DNA of 64,000 nt from Mizuhopecten yessoensis (taxonomy: Eukaryota). Within the stretch, counting starts at the first letter, position 1. Every line of letters begins with the position of its first letter. Below the pieces are notes generated by a model. The model worked only from the letters and a program-made list of their open reading frames with translations. It did not search any database and had not been told where the DNA came from. The position numbers were made by a program, and so were the translations under genes. The DNA lies in NCBI RefSeq assembly GCF_002113885.1, contig NW_018403589.1:997309-1061308 (forward strand), written 5' to 3'. Below, one piece after another: positions 33,526-64,000 of this stretch.

Positions 33526-36500
33526 GTAAGAAAATTAAAGTACATTTATTCAGTTTTATTTTCATTGTCTAAAACTGTCACATACAGATTAAAGTATTAC
33601 TTATGATGGGATTAAAACCCAGGAAGAAAACTTTAGATGGATGTTCTAGCCAATTGAGCTACCAGGTTGTCTGCAATCATCCCAGTCAAGTTCCTAAATG
33701 AAATGCCATTGAAAAAATGTAGCGAAATCCATTTAAACACCATTTTCTTTCTCAGGGGTACCATATGGGTACAACAATGTGTATACTGTGTTGCTTTGTA
33801 TGCTATGAGTCACCATTTATTTTCCATTTAAACACATTTTCTCTCTCTGTCAGGACCAGTAAAATTCTATCTAAATGGTGCTGTTTTTAAAGAAAATGGT
33901 ATATACATGATAAAATTATTCTGGCGAAGGGGGAAAGTTTCAATGGGCAAAAAATTCCCTATACAAAGTTGTTGACAAAGTTAATTAAAAAGGAGGTCAC
34001 TATAGTGGAGACCAAAAATGATTTCAAATGAAATGGACACTCATTAAAAAAATAAATAAATGGATATAATTCCTGATTTGTTGAACTTTTTAGGTTTGTT
34101 GGAAAGACCGATGGTACCCTTGCACATATCTGTCAGTGATGTCCGTTACAAAGTCTTCCTCCTTGGCAAAAGTGGGGTCGGTAAAACCAGCACGATAGCT
34201 AAACATTCAGGCTGCCAGATCCCAACAGTTCACAGTGAAACACAAGGTAAACAGCATCAGTTTTAGGGCTTTAACTCTCTACTGGAAAATTGTCAGTGCC
34301 CTGATAAATACAAAATGTATTCACATTTCACTGGTGAAATCCATATTTACCTGCAGTGTTAATTTCACCAGTAACAAATGTCGGATAACGTTGGGCCATT
34401 GGCCTTAACATTTAAAGCTCTGTATATCAACAATATTTAATTTGTTCATATTTTTTTTAATGTAAATGATGAAGAAAACAGACCCTTGTAAAATCACTGA
34501 TCACATATTCATATTTCCAAATCCTGGTCACGTCACGGCACCATTTGGAACAGGAAAGAAAGAAGTGTGCTTCCGCCAGGTATCGAGCCCTTACTACTGA
34601 GCTAAAGGGAAGTTCTCTCTTGCGTGGAGCTGGAAGGAGACCATTAACATCCACCATTATTATTTCTTTACTCATGAGTTTTTATCTGTTTCCAGGTATT
34701 CAAACAACGACAGTATTTTGGCCAGTGAAAAATTTACAACTTAACAAGGCCTTCATGTTTCAAATACAGTTCTGGGACACAGGAGATAATTCAACAAAGA
34801 AATATGATCATATAATGCCAGTAAGTTTAAAATAATTTTGTTTGAAACAACACTTTTTCTCAGAGTTATAAGTGCTATGTAATCAAATGTCAAGGTCACA
34901 TGTTATACAAATTATTGATTGTTTTGTTATGAAGAACACACAAATGAACTGTATGTTTTTACAAATTTATATGTTTGACTATATGCGTTTTACAAACCTG
35001 CTTATACACTGTGTGTTAACGACACCGAATATTGCTACCAGGCTGGCGGTGATCACACACGGTGTGTTACCGACACCGGATATTGCTACCAGGCTGGCGG
35101 TGATCACACACGGTGTGTTACCGACACCGGATATTGCTACTAGGCTGGCGATCACAAACGGTGGCCAGCAGTTGAAGGCGAGTTTTTTCTATATTTTCCT
35201 TACTTCAGAGGCTGTCATGTGCTTGAGGCTTTTTGGATCAATACCTTCCATTTTCAGCATTTACTTAAACCATAGAAAATGTTCCTATATGGGTCAATAT
35301 ATATACATGTATATCTTCCAGACTTACAAACACGTCGTCTGGTATCGTTGCAAACTTAAGAATAACTATCATGTGTCTGAATTAACATTTGTAGTACTTC
35401 CCTTCACATATTTTACTGCCTATAACTAAATAAAGATGTATCTACATTACACACATGCAAATTGCAAGTCCCCGTACAATGCTATGAAATTATTGTCAGC
35501 ATATTTCTCATTATTTATGAGTTCGAAAATACGATAAATGTATGTAATGCATATACATATTAATTAGTTATAGGTATTGAAACACCACAAATATTCATTC
35601 AGACATGTGGTAAGTATCACTCATGAATTTTCGCCGAATCCAGGCAGCGTGTTTGCAAGTCTAAAAGAAATATTGACCGCTATAGGAATGTTCCCTGTGG
35701 TTAATTATAAACCCCTGTTGAAAATGTTAGGAATTGATCCAGAAAGCCCCAAGAACATACAAGCCTCTTAAGTAAGGAAAATATATAAAAAAAGAAACAC
35801 TCACCTGCAACAGAAGCCCACCGTGTGTGATCACCGCCTGCCTGGTAGCTATATCCGGTGTCGTTAACACACCGCCAGTGTTATATTTCATATCTTATAA
35901 GTATAAGCATGATGATGTTTTTTTCTCCACAGGCTTGCCTGGACAAGGCTGATGCCATCATATTCCTGTTTTCCTTCGTAGACAAGAGTAGTTTTGAGGA
36001 TATACCCCATCAGCTGACACGGATCAGTACTCCCAAAGATAACACCACCAAACTGCTGATTGGGACAAAGTATCCTTTTAGTATTTAACAAGCATACTGA
36101 GTATTGCTAAAGCAATACATGTCACCTGCCGGCATTAATCTCACACTTGTTATCTTAAAAGTGGACTAAAATACAACTGCAGGCAGAATATACAGTGTTT
36201 GATTCATAAGAACCTATTAAAAGATTTAAACGTGACCTTGAATGTCGAACAAGGACATTAGGTTCAATCAAGTTTATAGTCTTCCAACCCAGCATGCTTC
36301 TAGCATAATATCATTACCCTGGACCTTTTGGTTATACAGAACAAATCATTTAAAGATTAAATATCATCACTCTTGGCCTTTTGCTTATTAAGAAGAAATC
36401 ATTCAAAGGTTTTAAACATAAATGACCCCTGTGACCTTGAATATAAGTCAAGGTCATTTATTTGAACAAACTTGGTAGCCCATCATCCCATCATGTTAGT

Positions 36501-39033
36501 GGCCAAATAACATCACCCTAGCCATCTCGGTTATTCAGAAGAAGTTGTTTTAAAGGTTTTAAACATATTTGACCCCTGTGAACTTGAATATGAGTCCAGG
36601 TAATTTATTTGAACAACTTGGCCAAATATCATCATCCTAGGCCTCTCGGTTATTCAGAAGAAGTTGTTTAAAGGTTTTTAAACATATTTGACCCCCGTGA
36701 CCTTGAATATAGGTCAAGATCATTTATTTGAACAACTTTGGTAGCCCTTCATCCCAGCATGTTACTGGCGAACTATCATCACCCTAGGCCTCTTGGTTAT
36801 TCAGAAGAAATTGTTTAAAGGTTTTAAACATATTTGACCCCTGTGACCTTGAAAATAAGTCAAGGTCATTTATTTGAACAAACACGGTAGCCGTTCATCC
36901 CAGCATGTTAGTGGCCAAATAACATCACCCTAGCCATGTCTGTTATTCAGAAGTTGTTTAAAGGTTTTAAACATATTTGGCCCCTGTGACCTTGAATATA
37001 AGTCAAGGTCAGTTATTTGAACAAACTTGGTAGCCCTTCATCCCAGCATGTTACTGGCCAAATATCATCACCAAAAGCCTCTCGGTTATTCAGAAGAAGT
37101 TGTTTAAAGGTATAAACATATTTGACCCCTGTGACCTTGAATATAAGTCAAGGTCATTTATTTGAACAAACACGGTAGCCCTTCATCCCAGCATGTTAGT
37201 GGCCAAATAACATCACCCTAGCCATCTCTGTTATTCAGAAGTTGTTTAAAGGTTTTAAACATATTTGACCCCTGTGACCTTGAAAATTGATGAAGGTCAT
37301 TTATTTGAACAAACTTGGTAGCCCTTCATCCCAGCATGCTTCTGGCCAAATATCATCACCCTAGGCCTTATTGGTTACTGAGAAAAAGTTGTTTAAAGTA
37401 AAAAGTTGACGCCGGACGGACGCCGCGCCATGCCATAAGCTCACTTGGCCCTTCGATCCCTTTGGTGTTAATTTGGGAAAATGAAAAGTATACAATTAGC
37501 TTGTAACTGATTTTAATGTAACAAGAGGCCCAGAGGACCTGTATCGCTCACCTGGATATCTAAGCAATCATGGCAAAATATTCTCCAAATGAGATCCGAG
37601 GACATATGCCAGACCCCAAGGATAATCTGTATTAGATTTTTCATGCCCAGCAATTTTATGTATGGTTATGGGGTTGGAATCTGAACTGTTTCCAAGCTGT
37701 GAATCGGAAACTAGGTCCCTGGGGTTATGGCCAGACCCCAGGATCAATTCTAACATCATGACTGCATTGTCTCTTTTTGCCCAGCATTTGTATAATTAGT
37801 TTTGGGATGGGGATCTTAACCATTTCGAAGTAATGACCCAGAGGTTAAGTATCCAAGGGTGGGGCAGTCCCCAAGGCCATCCTGGAAGCATATGTGCATT
37901 CATCTATTTATACTCAGCAATTGTATATATGGTTATAGGGTTGGGATCTCAACTGTTTCCAAGCTGTGACTAAGAAACTAGGTCCCTAGGGGTTCAGTCA
38001 GACCCAGAGTTTATTCTAATATCATGACTGCATTCGGCTCTTTATGCCCAGCAATTGTATATATAGTTTTGGGGTGGGGATCTCAAACGTTTTAAAGTTA
38101 TGGCCCAGGGACTATGTCTCCAAGGGTGGGGCCAGACTCTATTCTTCTCTTTATATATACTCAGCAATTGTATATAACTCGAACTTGTCTGAGATATTAT
38201 GGTCCTTTGTAATTGTGTGAAGTTTGATCAAAATCCCCCAAGGAATGAAGCAGCTAGAGCGCTGACAAGGATTTTCTAAAAGTATTAACAGTGACCTTGA
38301 CCTTGACCCAACAACCCTAAACCTCGAACTTGTCCAATATATTATGGTCCTTTGTAATTGTATGAAGTTTGATCCAAATCCCTCAAGGAATAAAGCCACT
38401 AGAGCGCTGACAAGGATTTTCTAAAAATAGTAACGGTGACCTTGACCTGACAACCCTGAAACTCAAAATTGTCCAAGGTATTATGGTCCTTTGTATTTTC
38501 CTATATACAGTTATTGATCTCAACATAATAAGATAAGATCAGGTTTATAAATAAGAATTACATGTAATCCAGCTTGAAAATCATTTTAGTAAATATGTGG
38601 ATGTAATAGCTTGATTTAGCTGTGTATCCAAGCAATGTTCAGTAGTGTGTTCAATGGTTAACAATGATGAACAATTTTTCAAAAGATATTTTGAATATAT
38701 TTGATCATGTAAAATGACAAGATTCCCTTGAATCAACAGTAATATTCTTTGTTTAATGTTCTGAGGATGACCGCCCACATCTTTACTTTCCTTAACCAGT
38801 CCAGATTTGACCAGTTTGCTCACAGTGAGATTACACAGAGGGACATCAGAGACTTTGAACACAACTGGAAAATACCAATTTTGAAAACCAGAAATATTCC
38901 AGACGCAGAAAATCAGAACAGTTTTAATGATATTGCACAGAATCTCAACATAATTTGCGAACATTTGTGGCAGAGAGATCTGAAAATAGGAGGCAAAGGT
39001 CCCCCAGGTGATAATAAAATATCTTATTGCTAA
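33417..39033 (+). CDS. CPLANE2: Ciliogenesis and planar polarity effector 2 (RSG1), atypical small GTPase; 5 coding exons, 753 nt, 250 aa
   Basis: join(33417-33525,34094-34246,34696-34820,35933-36069,38805-39033); DWH..EG, FGLLERP, P-loop GKSGVGKT, GIQTTTVFWP, FWDTG, GTKFDQ, EHLWQRD resemble recalled RSG1/CPLANE2. Confidence 0.93.
34094..34246 (+). CDS. CPLANE2: CPLANE2 coding exon 2 (P-loop)
   Basis: tttag|LLERP...GKSGVGKTS...ETQ|gtaaac. Confidence 0.92.
34520..34603 (-). mobile_element. TRIM fragment with tRNA-His PBS
   Basis: Plus strand AATCCTGGTCAC[GTCAC]GGCACCA resembles the tRNA-His 3' end including CCA, adjacent to an LTR 3' end. Confidence 0.7.
34696..34820 (+). CDS. CPLANE2: CPLANE2 coding exon 3
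   Basis: tccag|IQTTTVFWP...FWDTG...HIMP|gtaagt. Confidence 0.92.
35007..35880. mobile_element. Non-autonomous DNA element, CACTG...CAGTG termini, 5-bp TSD
   Basis: ~55-bp TIR; TTATA at 35002-35006 and 35881-35885; left TIR amplified as 48-bp x3. Confidence 0.8.
35933..36069 (+). CDS. CPLANE2: CPLANE2 coding exon 4
   Basis: cacag|ACLDKADAIIFLFSF...LIGT|GTATCCTTT. Confidence 0.92.
36088..37456 (+). mobile_element. HINE-like element carrying ~146-bp satellite x ~7
   Basis: ACAAG start, GTCACCTG box, tandem units, GACGGACG, TAAGCTCACTTGGCCCTTCG end. Confidence 0.75.
37521..38500 (+). mobile_element. HINE-like element (family of 58001-60110), truncated or composite
   Basis: ACAAGAGGCCCAGAGGACCTGTATCGCTCACCTGGATATC start; internal tandem units. 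Confidence 0.7.
38805..39033 (+). CDS. CPLANE2: CPLANE2 terminal coding exon
   Basis: FDQFAHSEITQRDI...EHLWQRD...KISYC*. Confidence 0.9.
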
Positions 39034-39534
39034 TCGGACTATTGTTTATCTTTATCACAAACAGTCATTGCCATATCCTTATTTGTGTAAGTATGATCAG
39101 GTATCGCTGTTACAGATTTTGGCAGTTATACATGGATCTTTAATTAAGGTTAAAAATCCATAGCAACCATCAGTTAGTGGTAAAGTTAACCTGCATGGTT
39201 GTTACAATCAGGGGAACATTTAGCTAATCAACAGGCACTAATGATTAGTAACATTTAATTTTACATCTAATCATGTTCGCCAATGTCATATCTAATTATG
39301 GAAATAGCGCTGTTTATAGTAATATTGTGTCATTTTCAGAAAAATACAGCAACAGAGAAATTTGATTAATTTGTCTGGGTTAGAGAATTTCTATTTTAAC
39401 TTTTGCAAACTCTATAGAACTGGGAAGGTGTGGGAGTTTCTCTAACATAACCGACCTATATTTTGTGGTCCATTTGGTGAGCTGTGACTCCATGGTATTT
39501 GTTCACTAATATTATAAAGAACAAGTTTATTTCA

Positions 39535-41580
39535 GAGCTTTAATTTCAAATCACCCTGCGTTCGTGGTCTGTCCTTCCGTCCTTAAACAATTCTTGTTAT
39601 CAGTATTTCTCAAGAAGTGCCAAAGGGATCTTTCTCAAATTTTATATGTAGGTTCCCCTTGGTCCCTAGCTGTGCAGTGCAACTTTCGAGACTTATCGGA
39701 TAAACAACATGGCCGACAGGCAACTATCTTGGATTTTAATAGTGAAAGTTTGTTATCACTATTTCTTGAGAAGTACCAAAGGGATCTTTCTCAAATTTGA
39801 TATGTAGGTTTCCCTTGGTCCCTAGCTGTGCAGTGCAACTTTCGAGACTGATCGGATAAACAACATGGGCGACAGGCAACCATCTTGGATTTTGATGGTG
39901 AAAGTTTGTTATCGCTATTTCTCGGAAAGTTCCATAGGGATCTTTCTCAAATTTGATATGTAGGTTCCCCTTGGTACTTAGCTGTGCAGGGCAACTTTTG
40001 AGACTGATCGGATAACGACATAGCCGACAGGCAGCCATCTTGGATTTTGATAGTGAAAGGTTGTTATCACTATTTCTTGGGAAGTACCAAAGGGATCTTT
40101 CTCAAATTTGATATGTAAGTTCCCCTTGTTCCCTTTTTGTGCAGCAGTGCCTGAAATGGATGGATGCCTGCTCGCCAATGGAGGTTAAAGTCTTGCTCGA
40201 GCGACCAAAAGTTGTCAAAAGTGAGGTAGTCACTGGCCCAACAAAATAGTTTGGGCGACTGTCAAAAAATTAATGAATAAAAGAAACTATAAAACCTTCC
40301 ACACTAACTGGGGGGCAGTACATTTTTCTGTTGTCATTACTTCGATTTGAATCGAACTGTCCGTGATTTAGAAAATGTGATGATTTTTTTTCAAATTTTC
40401 TAAATACTGTCAGGGTGTCTTCTTTGAGGTGCGAGTTTTGTGTATTTCTTTTTTGGGAAGACCTGAATGCAGTCATGATATTAGAATTGACTTCAGCGTC
40501 TGCCCCACCCTTGCAGACTTAACCCCTGGGTCATAACTTTAAAAGGATTGAGATCCCCATCCCAAAACTAATTATACAAATGCTGGGCAAAAAGAGACAA
40601 TGCAGTTATGATGTTAGAATTGCTCCTGGGGTCTGACCATGCCATAACCCTAGGGACCTAGTTTCCGATTCACAGCTTGGAAACAGTTCAGATTCCAAAC
40701 CCATAACCATACATAAAATTGCTGGGCATGAAAAATCTAATACAGATTGGCCTTGGGGTCTGGCATATGTCCTCGGATCTCATTTGGAGAATATTTTGCC
40801 ATGATTGCTTAGATATCCAGGTGAGCGATACAGGCCCTCTGGGATCATGTCAGGTTTTAACTAGGGTTGAAGAATTAAAAATATAATGTTTTATTCTGTT
40901 TTACATATTACAAACATTGTCATGTTATATGTAATTTAAATGTGCTGAAGCGTTCTGCTAAATGCTGTGGAAATATTTCTTCCCAAAATTATTTGGGCCA
41001 CCAATATGTCACTTGGGCAAGTGCTTCAAATTTTTTACTCGCCCAAAAAAAAATTGGGGGCCAGCCAATGCAGGTTCCCCCCTATCCTTTATAGTTCATG
41101 TTTACTTTTGAAACTGATCAGTTAAACAAAATGGCCTACCGACAGCCGTCTTTGATTTTTGACCTTGAAGGTTTGTCAGTACACTATTTAACTCAGGAAT
41201 AACTTGAGGGATCTTTCTCAAATTTGATATGTAGGTTCACCTTGATCCCTCGTTGTGCATGTTATATTTTGAGACTGATCATAAAAACAAAATGGCTAAA
41301 GGAAGAACTTAACAGATCTTTCTCATATTGCAATGATCGATTCTATTTCTTTCACATTAAGTACTGTACTAGTAAATATGTGAAATGACAAACTCACTTT
41401 GAAGGTTAGCTTTCATACACAACAGTATTAAGTTTAGATCAAAAGTTATCTCAAGGTGCATTTACTGTTAACATGACTCGATCAAACAGATGAGAGGAAA
41501 GAAGAGAAAAGATCGAACTGACAAAGAACTAATGAAGATGGTACAATGGTGGGCGCCAAGATCCCTCTGGGATCTCTTGT
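39535..41580 (-). mobile_element. HINE-like element with 156-bp units, interrupted by nested insertions
   Basis: Minus start ACAAGAGATCCCAGAGGGATC at 41580; GGGATCTTTCTCAAATTT at 39625/39781/39937/40092; nested fragment 40494-40843 is the reverse complement of 37530-37870. Confidence 0.7.
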
Positions 41581-41644
41581 TTTTTTTATTCAAATGTCTT
41601 TAAAAGATATTGTGATATAATTAGGTAGAAGGTATAGTGGTGTG

Positions 41645-61851
<20,207 letters not shown>

Positions 61852-62310
61852 TCTCTGCCATGTGCTCGAAAAATATAAATTTCAGATTAACCAACAAACT
61901 TGCTAAACAAAACTGTAACTAGAAGAAAAAAACCACTATTTAATTTATCAGAAACCTGTTTTTTTGTTTAGTTTTGTTCGAACAAAATATCAAAATATGT
62001 TATATTCCACGACAATCATTTTTTTCACTAATAACGTTCCGTTATATTGGCATTTAAAATTTTCGCAATGTTATCATACGGGCATTTTATAAATGTCCGC
62101 GCCCAAGTGTCAAACCTCCACATAGCTACGTGGCAACGTTTGGACACAAATTTTGCAGACAGTGGACGAAACAAGCGTGAAATCAACATGGGATTTTTTT
62201 CTTCCAAAAGGAGTATGTACTGTTGTGTCATGATGCTAAATGCAATTGTTGAATACTTATTTTTGTTTACAAATACGTTGCACTCAGTTAGTTTAAATAG
62301 GAAATTGTAC

Positions 62311-63748
62311 ATATCCTCGGGTTAGGCCTACCGGTTTCCGCGTATAAGAAACATCCGCGATTTCGTACTCATATCGGCAGAAAACTGTTGAAATTACGGA
62401 AGACTGTCATAAACATGTAAACAATCTACTAAAGGAAGCAAAAAAATAGCAACATAAAACTGGTATTTTTAAAAATCAGAACAAACAATTTTTAGCAAAT
62501 TTCTCCCGTCGGAAGTAGCCGTCATATGTTTCCGTGTGTCTATACTTTGATTTAGCGCTCGAAGAAAGATAACTCGAATACACTAAAAAGAAATTCTCTA
62601 CAGTGACCTGCAAGAACAAAAGCTTCGTTTGGAATAAAAATATATATCTTTGATTGTCAAATTAATTATCTTTTTTTTTTTTTTAATTTCATATTTTTAA
62701 TTGATTTTTCAAGATATCAAATTGAACGAATCCATGTAATTTTATAAATTTATTTATTATATTTATTTAGTTATAATATAGAATCTGTTATTATTTTTTT
62801 CTGCAGTTTTATATCGGTTTTGGTTGATGGTAAGTAATTTCTCGTTTTGTTCTGTTTAAAATTGGTTCAAATTGGAAGTTCATTGCATTACAAGGTTTAC
62901 GTTTTATTGAAAACACTGTTTATCAATATAAGAATGTTTCCTTGGCTCTTTGGAAGTGGACAAAAATCGGCAACATTTTCGTACGTTTGTCAGACTACAA
63001 GAAAGACCGGTTTATGGATGAAATATGTCACCGTTTTTTCAGGTATGGGTTCATTTTGAGCTAGATAAAAAGTGCATTAAGCAAAACTGCAAATTTTGCG
63101 TGTTTTTTGAGTCAGTTTACAGACTATGGCCAAACGTCTAAAATATCCTTGTGTTGTGTTCAGCAGGTCACGTAGTTACGAGATATAGCTTGATAAAATG
63201 GCTGCCGGAAATACATAACGCGCGGAAACTGGTGACTAGACGATATATAAAAAATGAAAATAAACACCTAACTGTATGCTTTTTGTCAACATCACCATAA
63301 ACCTTATTGTTTTATGCGACTTTGCTTTAATTTAATGAAAATAGAAATCTGAAAACAAGTTAGTGGTTTTCCCCGACCTGATAATGTATAGGTGAATATA
63401 GCTATATACATGTAGGTATTTATAAGCTATATAGCTCAATTGGCAGAGTGTACTGGACCTGATTTCATGTGTATGTGTGCCTGCTGTTTAGGTCTCGCCT
63501 ATTTCATATTATAGGAAAAATAAATGAGCCACATGATTCATCAAAGCAATTGCAAATCTATTCTCAATATGATCCATCCAGGCATATCCTCAGGTTCCCG
63601 GTTTCCGCGCACTTATATTATTAAGAAGCGTCCACAATTTTGTACTCATATCGGCAGAAAACTGTTGAAATTACGGATGACTGTCATAAACATGTTTACA
63701 ATCTACTAACGGAAACAAGAAACTAGCAACAAAAAACTGTATTTAAAA
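62311..63748 (+). repeat. ~160-bp dispersed direct repeat (62311-62475 and 63584-63748)
   Basis: ATATCCTC..CCGGTTTCCGCG..GTACTCATATCGGCAGAAAACTGTTGAAATTACGGA.. present twice. Confidence 0.85.
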
Positions 63749-64000
63749 CAAGATGCCCAATGGGCCTGCATCGCTCACCTGGTATTAATCTCACACTTGT
63801 AATCTTAAAAATGGAGTAAAATACAACTACAGGCAGAATATCAGTGTTTGATTCTCAAGAACCTATTAAAAGATTTAAACATGAAGCATGTGTCCTTGAA
63901 TGTCGAACAAGGACATTAGGTTGAAAGTGGGTCAAGGTCATTCATTTGAACAAACTTGCATTGGTAGCCCTTCATCCCAGCATGCTACAGGCCCAATATC
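63748..64000 (+). mobile_element. HINE-like element 5' part (runs off window)
   Basis: ACAAGATGCCCAATGGGCCTGCATCGCTCACCTGG; matches 52735 and 36120-36300. Confidence 0.75.

Larger units (their letters stand above)
36070..38804 (+). other. U12-type (minor spliceosome) GT-AG intron
   Basis: 5' site GTATCCTTT; branch site TTCCTTAAC ending at 38796, 8 nt before the end of the acceptor AG; splicing restores GTK|FDQ. Confidence 0.92.

Noticed and set aside
34872-35429. 185-aa ORF with internal repeats
   Set aside because: Intronic; the repeats are the triplicated TIR of a DNA element; no recognisable protein motif.
63198-63218. AAAATGGCTGCC as start of a divergent gene
   Set aside because: Frame closes after 6 codons with no preceding donor; at most a YY1-like motif.

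Overview
AT-rich eukaryotic (metazoan) genomic DNA. The repeat content suggests a bivalve mollusc; this is inference, not a database result. Most listed ORFs are spurious. Manual splicing gives four genes: (1) first coding exon of an EFHD1/2 (swiprosin-type) EF-hand gene on the minus strand, the rest lying off the left edge; (2) a complete 15-exon DCAF17 (+, 15699-27094, 533 aa); (3) a complete CPLANE2/RSG1 small GTPase with 5 coding exons (+, 33417-39033, 250 aa) whose last intron is U12-type; (4) a complete 9-exon NSUN5 rRNA m5C methyltransferase (-, 61851-41645, 696 aa) with a long Lys/His/acidic repeated tail. Introns are packed with non-autonomous elements: Helentron/HINE-like elements carrying satellite arrays, hAT, Tc2/pogo, piggyBac and foldback MITEs with readable TSDs, and LINE fragments. 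Highlights: (a) repeats that look like tRNA-SINEs are LTRs of a miniature LTR retroelement (TG..CA LTR with Pol III A/B boxes, tRNA-His PBS, PPT; Helenus/Cassandra-type TRIM); (b) three tandem arrays start inside exons and multiply a splice donor, a splice acceptor and a stop codon plus poly(A) signal; (c) DNA elements with uncommon 5-, 6- and 9-bp TSDs. Gene identities rest on recalled homologue motifs; no search was run.
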